Shown: positions 1 through 8,861 of the stretch, one piece after another
How the letters are laid out: each line of letters opens with the position of its first letter
How positions within the stretch are numbered: the first letter of the stretch is position 1
Origin: Escherichia phage vB_EcoS_ESCO3
Reading direction: 5' to 3' (one strand)
Length of the DNA: 59,956 bases
Sequence record: OM386652.1
Position numbers and translations under genes: made by a program
Notes under the pieces: model-generated
The model's input: the letters and a program-made list of their open reading frames with translations, nothing else
What the model was told of the DNA's origin: nothing
The model's database searches: none

Positions 1-35
1 TGTGGGCCAGTACAAACGTATTGGCCCACTTTTTA

Positions 36-2009
36 TTAAGCGGCGTATGCGAGTTTTTCCAGCAATTTTTCCGCTTTAGCTATGTACACTTCGTGGTTGA
101 GATCTGGCGGTAACTGGTCAGTGAGTTCCATCATAGGTTTACCCCCTGCTGTCTTACCGACACGACCACCGCTCTTAACTATCAGTATTTCAGGTACTTC
201 CTCTTTTGTATAGTACCAGCGAACAACTTTACCTAATGGCTCACTATTCCATGCAGCGCCACCGTTAGCTGTCTTAATGCAAACAAACTTACGAATGTCC
301 TGACACTCTGTGATAGTTTTAGCAATTGGTGTACCGTCACGAAGCAGATTAACAACTGCGTCCATAATGATCTCACCTTCCGCGTTCTTAGCTAGACCTG
401 TCTCTGCGAACCAACCTTTACGCTTGGCTTTACCATCCGCTTTGATTGCGACGTAGTTGTTGACGTTTGCAGAGTTAAGACGCAGGTACTGGTTCAGTTC
501 CATTTCAAAGCCAGTTGTCTCTTCCCACCACTTAATGATATCTGTCATTAATTGCTTCTTAGCTTTGCAAGGTTTAATAACGATACCATCCGTGTTAGCA
601 CTAACAACTTGAATACCGTTAAGCTCCAGTGTTTCAATGAGCATAAGCAGAGCTAACTGTCCTGTCAGCGTAGTCTGGATGATAAGGTGCGGTGCATACA
701 GAATAGAGAACGGTGAACCGAACTTACCATAAGAACCGTTGATAACGATCTTAAGAGTTTGTGCAGTCTTATCGTCATGAGCCATCTTAGCTGCAATACG
801 TCGTTCTACGATCTTAACGAAGATATCGATAAAGCGTGGGCCCAGGTGCTCAGGATACAGTTGCTGGTTAATGATACATATTGGGTAATATGACGTCACG
901 TCAGCATCCCACATCTCTTCATCGTCAGATGGTACAATCTCCATTAACTCTTCGCACGAGTGCAGACCACCGATACCCATGTTGTAAGTTGTCTGGTTAA
1001 TCGTAAACTTCAGAGAGTTCATCGTCGATGGTTGCTTAATTTTACCATCTTCTGCAACTCGGAAGTAACTGTCAAGCACCACCTGAAATACGGACTTCAT
1101 TAGTGGCGTTTGGAAACCTAACCACACTGGAGGATTGTATCTGAAGGTTCTGCCGACTTCCACCATACCTTTTTGTGGAACGAAGCCTAGCATTTCCTTC
1201 ATCTCGTGACGGATTACAGCTTCTGCAATCTGTGCATCAGATTTAGAGCGAAGGTCTACTTTATACTCTTCACTCATAATCTCACGTAGATGGATCTGCT
1301 CTTCCAGTGAGTTAAACAGAGCCATTGTTGTATCAAGGTCGTTAATACAGTAGAAGCGCACAATAGCAATCTGTTCTATGGATAACGCCCAATGCGGTGG
1401 GAATGGTAAGTCCTGAAGCTTCTGCATGTGCATACGGCCACCGTACAGTTTCAATGAACCGAAGCCAGGAGCTACTTCTTGAACGTCAATGTGGTCAATC
1501 CAAAACTGTTTTACACCAAAGCTGTTAAGAATGTCCCACGGAGCCCACTCTTCCTGGATCATCCTGTCACTTGCTTCTTTCAGCTTGTCAACAGTCAGAC
1601 CCGCAATGGCAAGGAATGTCATCGTATTATCGTAGTTTCTTGAGTTGAAACCAACGGTACGAAAGTTCTTCATTATCCATTCATACTTTTCCGTGTCAAG
1701 TGTCTGACCGGCAGTCATTTCTAGATAATAAACCTTACCGAACTTAACCCCTTTAAACGCTACAAGAAAATAGTTCTTATAACATTCGATATCGTATACG
1801 AACGTTTCTTGTGCAAAATACATCTCCACTAATTCACCGTCTGTCATACGCGGATCATTAGCTGCAAAACGCATTGCTGCATCAAGACCTGGAAGGTAGT
1901 CTGGTCGCTCCCATACCCTTTCAACTGGTTGACGTTTTACTTTCTGTTTCTTCTCTTTCTTAGCGGGAGGCAAATCCTCCCAAAAGAAACCAATAGCATC
2001 TTTTCTCAT
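36..2009 (-). CDS. DNA polymerase, family-B-like with 3'-5' exonuclease domain
   Basis: 657 aa. Exo I YDIEC, Exo II NSRNYD, Exo III YCINDLD; pol motif A DVTSYYPICII, motif B KIVINGSYGKFG, motif C NTDGI, resembling phi29-type PolB motifs. 4-bp overlap with the downstream clamp-like gene. Confidence 0.6.
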   Translation of the reverse strand: MRKDAIGFFWEDLPPAKKEKKQKVKRQPVERVWERPDYLPGLDAAMRFAANDPRMTDGELVEMYFAQETFVYDIECYKNYFLVAFKGVKFGKVYYLEMTAGQTLDTEKYEWIMKNFRTVGFNSRNYDNTMTFLAIAGLTVDKLKEASDRMIQEEWAPWDILNSFGVKQFWIDHIDVQEVAPGFGSLKLYGGRMHMQKLQDLPFPPHWALSIEQIAIVRFYCINDLDTTMALFNSLEEQIHLREIMSEEYKVDLRSKSDAQIAEAVIRHEMKEMLGFVPQKGMVEVGRTFRYNPPVWLGFQTPLMKSVFQVVLDSYFRVAEDGKIKQPSTMNSLKFTINQTTYNMGIGGLHSCEELMEIVPSDDEEMWDADVTSYYPICIINQQLYPEHLGPRFIDIFVKIVERRIAAKMAHDDKTAQTLKIVINGSYGKFGSPFSILYAPHLIIQTTLTGQLALLMLIETLELNGIQVVSANTDGIVIKPCKAKKQLMTDIIKWWEETTGFEMELNQYLRLNSANVNNYVAIKADGKAKRKGWFAETGLAKNAEGEIIMDAVVNLLRDGTPIAKTITECQDIRKFVCIKTANGGAAWNSEPLGKVVRWYYTKEEVPEILIVKSGGRVGKTAGGKPMMELTDQLPPDLNHEVYIAKAEKLLEKLAYAA

Positions 2010-3007
2010 AGACGAAATCCTACAATTACCCCACGTAGATTTTCACCATAAAAAATAATAGGAGTTGAAAGACCCCTTTCGTCCTTTTCATTGAAACGAG
2101 AAGCATCCCAATTCGTTGCAAGTCCTTTCAACTGCATAATAAGATCTATATTATACACGCCAATTGACTTAGATTCCCGGAACATTGCACTAGCACCGTC
2201 CAGCTCGTTGTAATGGGTACGCACAACACCATTTTCCATGTAAATACGCCCATCCCGCTCACAGAACGGTTTTATCTTTTCTAGGCAATTAAAAAGCTCA
2301 GTATCAAGCGTATAAACGTTGGCCCCATTTTCTGTACGCTCAATTATCTTATCAATGTTAGGCCACTTTAATTCCAGCAATTGTGTACGCAACCAGCAAC
2401 CGTCTTCGTAGTGAAATGTCATACTGGTATCTGTACATTGAATTCTTACTGGTGGTTTTTTAATACGCAATAATTCTTTTATGGCCATGCGTGGCACAAC
2501 ACAATCGACAGGGAATACAGCACCGAACCAATACTGTATAATACTAGCGTTATTGGTCGCGTACATGCTGCCCTGTTTTACCAGCACGCCGCAAGACCAC
2601 GGGCGGGAAGCATCATCGCTTATAAACGGCGTTACACGGCTTAAACCGTTGAGAAAAAGCTGACCGTCTATTTCGTGAATTGTTCCTTCTGGCTCTACGT
2701 GTGCAGTTGGTTTCTGAAGAGTATCCACACTAACCTTAAAGCCACCAGACTTAATGCTCAACTTACCGTTCGCTAACATTGTCATCTGTACAGCTTCGTC
2801 ACATGCTGCAATAGCCTTGAGCATCGGTTCAGCTTTAGGAGTACAGTCAATATTCAGTGGTACTGGACTACACAATGAAATAGTTCCGTTGAACCCGCGA
2901 ACAGTGCCATCAACAATACGGAAGTGAGTTAAACCTTCCTGAAGTTCTTTCTTAGCTACAGAGCCTGATACGAATTTAAGCGCGTCTAATAATTCAATCA
3001 CAAGCAA
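2006..3007 (-). CDS. putative sliding clamp (DnaN/beta-clamp-like) polymerase accessory protein
   Basis: 333 aa. N-terminus (LLDALKFVSGSVAKKE...DGTV) and C-terminal ...VGFRL resemble the bacterial beta clamp (which ends MPMRL). Translationally coupled to the polymerase gene. Weak, by-eye similarity only. Confidence 0.4.
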   Translation of the reverse strand: MLVIELLDALKFVSGSVAKKELQEGLTHFRIVDGTVRGFNGTISLCSPVPLNIDCTPKAEPMLKAIAACDEAVQMTMLANGKLSIKSGGFKVSVDTLQKPTAHVEPEGTIHEIDGQLFLNGLSRVTPFISDDASRPWSCGVLVKQGSMYATNNASIIQYWFGAVFPVDCVVPRMAIKELLRIKKPPVRIQCTDTSMTFHYEDGCWLRTQLLELKWPNIDKIIERTENGANVYTLDTELFNCLEKIKPFCERDGRIYMENGVVRTHYNELDGASAMFRESKSIGVYNIDLIMQLKGLATNWDASRFNEKDERGLSTPIIFYGENLRGVIVGFRL

Positions 3008-3533
3008 ATTCCTTATGTAATTTTGACCTAGTGAATTTCACAAAATTGTATGCTTTTTGCAAACCTTCCCAACTATATGGAAAACGTCTTCTTATTGTTT
3101 TGCCTTTAAATGTGATTCTAGCATCCCAATATGTATATCCACTAACGTCCAACTTTGAAATACCCTTTAGACCCGACGACCTATTATTACTTTGTACACA
3201 CCTATTACAATTATTCTCGGAATAGTTTGCAGCTCGCAAATTAGAAGGTCTATTATCTGTTTTTACTCTATTTATATGTTCAACGTGGGCTGGGTAATAC
3301 CCATGTGACATACAGAAACAGAGTCTATGAACTCTATAATTTTTATAAAGCAAGCCAACTTGCAGATAACCGTCCGAAGCTATACTACCAGCCGGAGAAC
3401 CTGCTATACAATTAGGAGCCCTTGTTATCCTGTTTATTAATTGTCCTGTATTCCTATCATAAATAAAGAATTTATCAAGTATTTCTTTACAAGGTTCATC
3501 AGACTGTATTTCAAAAGGTCTTGAGAGATCCAT
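2994..3533 (-). CDS. HNH homing endonuclease
   Basis: 179 aa. His/Asn-rich HNH core (YRVHRLCFCMSHGYYPAHVEHINRVKTDNRPSNLR) and a C-terminal basic DNA-binding-like region. AT-rich relative to its neighbours. Confidence 0.65.
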   Translation of the reverse strand: MDLSRPFEIQSDEPCKEILDKFFIYDRNTGQLINRITRAPNCIAGSPAGSIASDGYLQVGLLYKNYRVHRLCFCMSHGYYPAHVEHINRVKTDNRPSNLRAANYSENNCNRCVQSNNRSSGLKGISKLDVSGYTYWDARITFKGKTIRRRFPYSWEGLQKAYNFVKFTRSKLHKEFACD

Positions 3534-3541
3534 AAGTAACC

Positions 3542-4495
3542 TTACTCGTCAAATAAATCCTGGAGACGTTCGTTGAACTTCCCATTGTGGTTAGCAAGAA
3601 TCATAGCGTTGACCACACCATACGCCCATAAATTGTATGCAGCGCGTGATTCGTATATCGTTGAAAGTCGTTCGTATGTGAAACCTGACTCCTCTAAGTA
3701 GCGTAGAACGTTATTCTGTTCTATTTCTGAAAGGTTACAGATATGCTGCCCTTGATAGTGACGTGACGGAGACTTTTCAGACACCTGCATTGGACCCCAC
3801 TTAGGCGTCTCAATAGCACCAAACGCCGCAGATTGGATCCAGGAGGATGAGTCACAGGAGTACCACGGGTAACGCTCCATAAGTGGACGGGACGTAATAC
3901 CAAATCCATGGACTTTAATCTTAGCGCGTCCGCTACCGTCCACAAGGTGTTTATCCCATACCCTGTCCAACCATACTTGAAGTTGCTGCGTACTTGCTCC
4001 AACAAGACCACCGAGCGTAATGTACTCGTAGTTCCGTACATAATGGTCAAGATACTCAAAAGGTTCACCCGCGTGGAAGCATGGTAAAGGTCTTACACCT
4101 CTGGCTTCCATCTCTTCCTGGTTACGCCATGTCTGAAGTGGGTCTCCGATACCATCAAGTACGGACGCCATAAGCGAACCATCCTCTACACGGATGATAT
4201 CTATGTTTCGTTGGATGTAATCACAGTATTCTTTAACTGATAACGTAACTCCCAAAGTGTAAGCTGAGAACGCTCCGGAGTCGAGGAATATCTTGGCCCC
4301 ATCGGCACGCATGGCATCGACATAGGATTGCTTTCCAACATAGTGCCAGGATTCAAGAATGTTTGGAATATTCTCGACAACACGTTTTTCTTGTTCGTTG
4401 AGTTTAACATAGCGGTTCATTCCTGGTTTATAGCTGTTCGTATATACGGCAGCCATATAAATCTGAAAGGTATAGTTGATATCTTGTCTGTGCAT
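3542..4495 (-). CDS. dpdA: DpdA-like DNA-guanine transglycosylase (TGT superfamily)
   Basis: 317 aa. TGT-like motif FLDSGAFS; sits next to folE/queD/queC/queE. ATG at 4495 with an upstream AGGTGA ribosome-binding site on the minus strand. Confidence 0.7.
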   Translation of the reverse strand: MHRQDINYTFQIYMAAVYTNSYKPGMNRYVKLNEQEKRVVENIPNILESWHYVGKQSYVDAMRADGAKIFLDSGAFSAYTLGVTLSVKEYCDYIQRNIDIIRVEDGSLMASVLDGIGDPLQTWRNQEEMEARGVRPLPCFHAGEPFEYLDHYVRNYEYITLGGLVGASTQQLQVWLDRVWDKHLVDGSGRAKIKVHGFGITSRPLMERYPWYSCDSSSWIQSAAFGAIETPKWGPMQVSEKSPSRHYQGQHICNLSEIEQNNVLRYLEESGFTYERLSTIYESRAAYNLWAYGVVNAMILANHNGKFNERLQDLFDE

Positions 4496-4564
4496 TGTTC
4501 ACCTAATAAATAAGCGCCCGTAGGCGCTTATTATATTAAAGATAATGTATGATTCGCAAATCAG

Positions 4565-5179
4565 TTACTTTTTACACGCTTCAAGAAATTCCCGACGCCA
4601 TGTGTCACCAGTCACGTCCGGTAATACATCATCACCCAATGCAGTACGTCCGCGGAATGCTTTAGTGATGGTTGAGCTGCCGCATACCTGTTTAACACCG
4701 CGCGACTCCATGCACATATGTTTTGCATCGATGTAAACACACACAGCTTTCGGGTCTAAGTGTTCCACGATAGCATCCGCAATCTGATTAGTCAGACGTT
4801 CTTGGACTTGCAAACGTCGAGCAAAAGCATCAACCACACGAGATAACTTACTAAGGCCAACAATTTTTCCATTCGGGACATACCCGACCACCGCATGACC
4901 AATAATAGGAGCCATATGATGCTCACAATGACTGTAGACAGGGATATCGCGGACGATGACCATTTCATTACAGTTTTCCCCACCATCTTCAAATGTCTTG
5001 AACAGGGATGCGATATCAACAGAATAACCTCCGAACCATGTAGCATAGGCCTTAGCTACACGATCTGGAGTTTCAACTAGACCTTCACGCAAGTCATCGC
5101 CACCTTCAATCAACTTTAAAATCTTTTCAATACTGTGCGAAATTTCTGCTCGGTTTGTCATCTTTGTAAATTCATTCAT
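4565..5179 (-). CDS. folE: GTP cyclohydrolase I
   Basis: 204 aa. FolE signature SHCEHHMAPIIG...GLSKLSRVVDAFARRLQVQERLTNQIA. AAGGAAA ribosome-binding site before the ATG. Confidence 0.88.
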   Translation of the reverse strand: MNEFTKMTNRAEISHSIEKILKLIEGGDDLREGLVETPDRVAKAYATWFGGYSVDIASLFKTFEDGGENCNEMVIVRDIPVYSHCEHHMAPIIGHAVVGYVPNGKIVGLSKLSRVVDAFARRLQVQERLTNQIADAIVEHLDPKAVCVYIDAKHMCMESRGVKQVCGSSTITKAFRGRTALGDDVLPDVTGDTWRREFLEACKK

Positions 5180-5205
5180 GGTTTACAGTTTCCTTGTGTG
5201 GTCAA

Positions 5206-5739
5206 TTATTTGCAATAGTTGACATGACATTTAGACGTTTCTTCAATGGTACATTCTACCAGTTCAACACCATATTGGTCAAGCAGTTGAGGACCAATCA
5301 CGTCAACCATATATGCAGCTAAGTTTTCCGCGGTCGGGTTGAATGGTAAAGCTACCAAAGAATCAAGGAACGGATCATAATCTTCATCCGTTACTAAATT
5401 GTTTTCACGTGCAAACTTAGTCGATGCAACAACAATGAGCGAATTAATCATGCTGTCTTGTTCCCAATGCAGGAACTTATGATCCCAGTTATCTTCCAAC
5501 CACTGGCAAAGCGTAGTTTTAACCACACTAAAGTCGATAACTCGGCCTACGTCATCCAGCGAACCTTCTAGAGCAAATCCACTTACAGACTTGACGTAAC
5601 CTTCCGACAATGTTTTCTTCGGGGCAACTTTAAAATGGAACTTATAGTTGTGACCGTGAAGGTGACGACACTTACTTTCATGACCTACAACACGGTGGCC
5701 AGCGCAAATCTCATGTGAACGAATAACAGTGTAACCCAT
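5206..5739 (-). CDS. queD: 6-carboxy-5,6,7,8-tetrahydropterin synthase (QueD)
   Basis: 177 aa. Zn-binding motif CAGHRVVGHESKCRHLHGHNYKF (Cx3HGH type) typical of QueD/PTPS. Confidence 0.85.
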   Translation of the reverse strand: MGYTVIRSHEICAGHRVVGHESKCRHLHGHNYKFHFKVAPKKTLSEGYVKSVSGFALEGSLDDVGRVIDFSVVKTTLCQWLEDNWDHKFLHWEQDSMINSLIVVASTKFARENNLVTDEDYDPFLDSLVALPFNPTAENLAAYMVDVIGPQLLDQYGVELVECTIEETSKCHVNYCK

Positions 5740-5741
5740 TT

Positions 5742-7157
5742 TTATTCCTCGTTTTCGTATTTAATAACTTCTTGTGCGTTATTAATATTAAACGCAGTCC
5801 GACGCATCATGCAAGGGCCACAAGTACCGCAATGCAGATCCCCGTTACGGTAACAGCTCCAGGTGTGCTCCAACGGGGCCCCTAAACGTAGGCCTGTAGC
5901 GACAATTTCGTGCTTCATTAAGTTACCTACTGGCATGAGCACTTCAACTCGCTTACCGTCCCCTACAGCGAACGGTAACACCTGATTAAAGCGGTTAATA
6001 AACTCAGGCTCGTTGTCCGGATAGGCTCCAGCTTCTTCTAAATTGTTACCAAGAACAATATAGTCGAAACCGTTAGCTTCTGCGTATGCAGTAGCAACAG
6101 AAAGCATCACAAGGTTACGAGCTGGAACCCATTCATGTGCGAACTCAGCACCTTCTTCACCGCCAGCAATTGCAGCATCTTGATCAAATAACGGGCTATC
6201 TTTCTTATCGTAAATTGGGATTGGGAATTCAACTAATGGAACTTCCATCACTTCCGCAATTTTACGAATAGCCTTCAACTCGTTAGTTTCAGCACGACAA
6301 CCATACTGGAAGTTAATCAAAGTAACATCCAAACCGTTGGACTTACACATCTGAGCTGCCACTGTGCTGTCCATACCACCACTGGCGACAACTAACGCCC
6401 GTTGAGTCTGCTTATTTGGAATAAGATCAACCTCACTGCATACACCAGTCGATGTGACCACATTACAGGTGTAAGGTTTCAACATTTGCTTAATAGCGCG
6501 GGTTGGTAGCATATCTTCCTGGCTGGCAAAATACATACCCGTGTGAGTCTTACCGATCCAAATTGGACGGTAATTACATGCTGCAAACACATACCCAGGA
6601 ATTGAATCATGCGTTGCAAGGATTGCGTAACTCCCTTTCAACTTGCGAATAACTTCGTGAAATACGTTATAAAGGTAATTTAAATCGGACAGACACATTT
6701 CATCTGTCGAAAGTGTGCATTCTGCTAGCTGTTCTACAATCGCAGCACTATCGATCTTAGTCTGTAGTGCATAGGTACGAAGGTCTTTATCGTTCGCAAT
6801 AGTACCGTTATGAACAATAGTCCAACCATCGAGATGATACGGTTGTTGATCCCATTCGTTCTTGTCAACGACCCACTCTGTAGTCGGTTCAGCGCGAGCG
6901 TTACCAATCATTGTGAAGCTACCAATAGCTCCAGCGTGAGATGCAATGCGCCCGACTTTAACAAGACGTTCCAGCGATGTTTCCTTACCGACGCTGACGA
7001 TACGTTGCGGGTGCATACTGTGGTCACCATGCGTGAAGCGTACACCAAGACCATCACGACCACGGTTAATACTAGCTTTAATAAGATCGTCAATGTCGTT
7101 ACGGATGATAAGACTTTCAGGTTGACCGTTAGTAATGACACCAAAGATAGAGCACAT
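5742..7157 (-). CDS. Gat-QueC fusion: class-II glutamine amidotransferase fused to a QueC-like PP-loop ATPase
   Basis: Start placed at the internal ATG at 7157 (MCSIFGV, N-terminal Cys nucleophile), which abuts the stop of the upstream gene at 7159. C-terminal half has PP-loop SGGMDS and a Zn-binding CGTCGPC like QueC. The track ORF extends to 7256. Confidence 0.8.
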   Translation of the reverse strand: MCSIFGVITNGQPESLIIRNDIDDLIKASINRGRDGLGVRFTHGDHSMHPQRIVSVGKETSLERLVKVGRIASHAGAIGSFTMIGNARAEPTTEWVVDKNEWDQQPYHLDGWTIVHNGTIANDKDLRTYALQTKIDSAAIVEQLAECTLSTDEMCLSDLNYLYNVFHEVIRKLKGSYAILATHDSIPGYVFAACNYRPIWIGKTHTGMYFASQEDMLPTRAIKQMLKPYTCNVVTSTGVCSEVDLIPNKQTQRALVVASGGMDSTVAAQMCKSNGLDVTLINFQYGCRAETNELKAIRKIAEVMEVPLVEFPIPIYDKKDSPLFDQDAAIAGGEEGAEFAHEWVPARNLVMLSVATAYAEANGFDYIVLGNNLEEAGAYPDNEPEFINRFNQVLPFAVGDGKRVEVLMPVGNLMKHEIVATGLRLGAPLEHTWSCYRNGDLHCGTCGPCMMRRTAFNINNAQEVIKYENEE

Positions 7158-7158
7158 A

Positions 7159-7917
7159 TTATTTACCTTCCTTAACCATTTCAATTTCACGCTCAACGGA
7201 TACAATGATATCGTTGAGGTCTTCCAGTAAGTCTTTATGTCCACGTTCACCAGCACACAGCACTTTCTTCAGTGCATGTTGCATGGGCCCACTGGTTACA
7301 TTAAATGCTTTAATTACATCGTACACGTCAACCCATACATCAATTTCAATTGGGCTACCGTTAATATCATGCGATTCAAAAGTCTTGATTTTGCGCATAT
7401 ATTTATTTGGACGTGGAGCTTTAATATCCTGGATACAATCCTTGTCGATAAACGCTTCATTAATGAATACTTCCGGATCACCTTCTTTGTTACGATCAAC
7501 TTTAAAGACGCTCGTAAGTACATCTTCCATGATACCAGCTAATTTCTGAGTAGATGTTGTGTACTTCTTCACATTTTCTGCTTCTTCTGCTGCTTTCTGA
7601 CTTCTGCTGACAGAAGTATTAATACGCCATTTATAAAGTGCATTACGTGGAGGCGTCACATGCGTGTTGTAAACTGTCTTTAAACCCATGAGATCTTGTC
7701 CATCCATACCTTCAATAAAGACAGTAAGTGTAGGACTGCTATCATTCAAGACATCTACTACATATCCTTCTCGAATTACAGATGCAAGAGCTGCATGGGA
7801 CGCAGCCTGCGAAGCTGTGGTCACATAATGTTTTACAAATCCGTCTTCATCGAACAGACACTGGTTTAACACATTTTCTGGAACGATTTTACCGAGTAAT
7901 TGAACATGCTTATTCAT
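7159..7917 (-). CDS. hypothetical protein embedded in the deazaguanine cluster
   Basis: 252 aa, tightly packed between queE and gat-queC. C-terminal segment HALKKVLCAGERGHKDLLEDL is reminiscent of a DUF3310-like motif. Function unknown. Confidence 0.5.
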   Translation of the reverse strand: MNKHVQLLGKIVPENVLNQCLFDEDGFVKHYVTTASQAASHAALASVIREGYVVDVLNDSSPTLTVFIEGMDGQDLMGLKTVYNTHVTPPRNALYKWRINTSVSRSQKAAEEAENVKKYTTSTQKLAGIMEDVLTSVFKVDRNKEGDPEVFINEAFIDKDCIQDIKAPRPNKYMRKIKTFESHDINGSPIEIDVWVDVYDVIKAFNVTSGPMQHALKKVLCAGERGHKDLLEDLNDIIVSVEREIEMVKEGK

Positions 7918-8028
7918 AACGACCTACCTTATTAGTTGAACACATTGTATCTTTTAGCACGCTTACCGTTGCCGCATAATAATCATTAGCGGCAGGAACC
8001 ATTCACGCGTTTTTGAATATGTATAACT

Positions 8029-8793
8029 TCATTCTACACCTAAATATTTGTGAACCTGCAATTGCACGATGTAATTGTGCTTCATTGCATATTTAACGAC
8101 AGCTTGAGCGTTTGCTTTATTAGCATCGTCGTCCTGTTCATCCATAGGTTGAAGATAAATCTTACCTTTAAAGTGTACAGGTGGACGTGCGATAAATGGT
8201 GTCGCACGGTGATCCAGTGCCTGCAACGGTAATCCATCTTCCTCGTTGACGTTTCCGCTTTTCATTACATATTTGAAAGCATCCGCTCGAGCGGAAACGC
8301 TAGGGTGAATCTTTGCTGCCTTAGGACTACATACTACCACACAATTATAGTTGAGTTCACGCGGGATAGGCATAGTTCCGTTAGTCTCAACCTGTACATG
8401 ATATCCTTTCATATCGATAAGGTAGTTGATAAAATTAACAACTTCAGGTTGACGGAAAGGTTCGCCACCAGTAATAACAACTAATTTAGTCTTGGCTTCA
8501 CCAGTGACACGAACAATCTCCTGCCAAATATCACCGTGACTCATCTTCTTACGATTAGACGTATAGTTTGTATCGCAACCTGGGCATTGCAAGTTGCAAC
8601 CAGCTAATCGGACAAATACGGCAGGTTGACCACAAAATGGGCCTTCGCCTTGAATGGTATGAAAAATGGAATGTACGTCAAGAATACCACGTTCACGAAC
8701 TAACTTCTCAGGATCCTGAGTATTAATAATTTTCATATGATTTCCAAATTTGGCTTGAGCCCAGTGGTGGGCGATAATGGCTTGTGCAAACAT
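8029..8793 (-). CDS. queE: 7-carboxy-7-deazaguanine synthase (QueE, radical SAM)
   Basis: Radical-SAM cluster motif FVRLAGCNLQCPGCDT and upstream IQGEGPF. Start placed at the ATG at 8793 (GAGG ribosome-binding site, 5-nt spacer); the track ORF begins at TTG 8817. Confidence 0.8.
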   Translation of the reverse strand: MFAQAIIAHHWAQAKFGNHMKIINTQDPEKLVRERGILDVHSIFHTIQGEGPFCGQPAVFVRLAGCNLQCPGCDTNYTSNRKKMSHGDIWQEIVRVTGEAKTKLVVITGGEPFRQPEVVNFINYLIDMKGYHVQVETNGTMPIPRELNYNCVVVCSPKAAKIHPSVSARADAFKYVMKSGNVNEEDGLPLQALDHRATPFIARPPVHFKGKIYLQPMDEQDDDANKANAQAVVKYAMKHNYIVQLQVHKYLGVE

Positions 8794-8861
8794 TTGAACC
8801 TCGGGGTAAGATAACAAAGGGGCAGTAAATGCCCCTTCTGAGTTTCCGAAGTGTCTACAGA

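Noticed and set aside
36-2009. Family-A (Pol I-like) assignment or protein-primed replication for the DNA polymerase
   Set aside because: The RRIAAK segment resembles PolA motif B, but motif A (DxxSYYP), motif B (KxxxNGSYGKFG) and the TDG-type motif C fit family B better. No terminal-protein gene or inverted terminal repeats were seen, so protein priming is unsupported.
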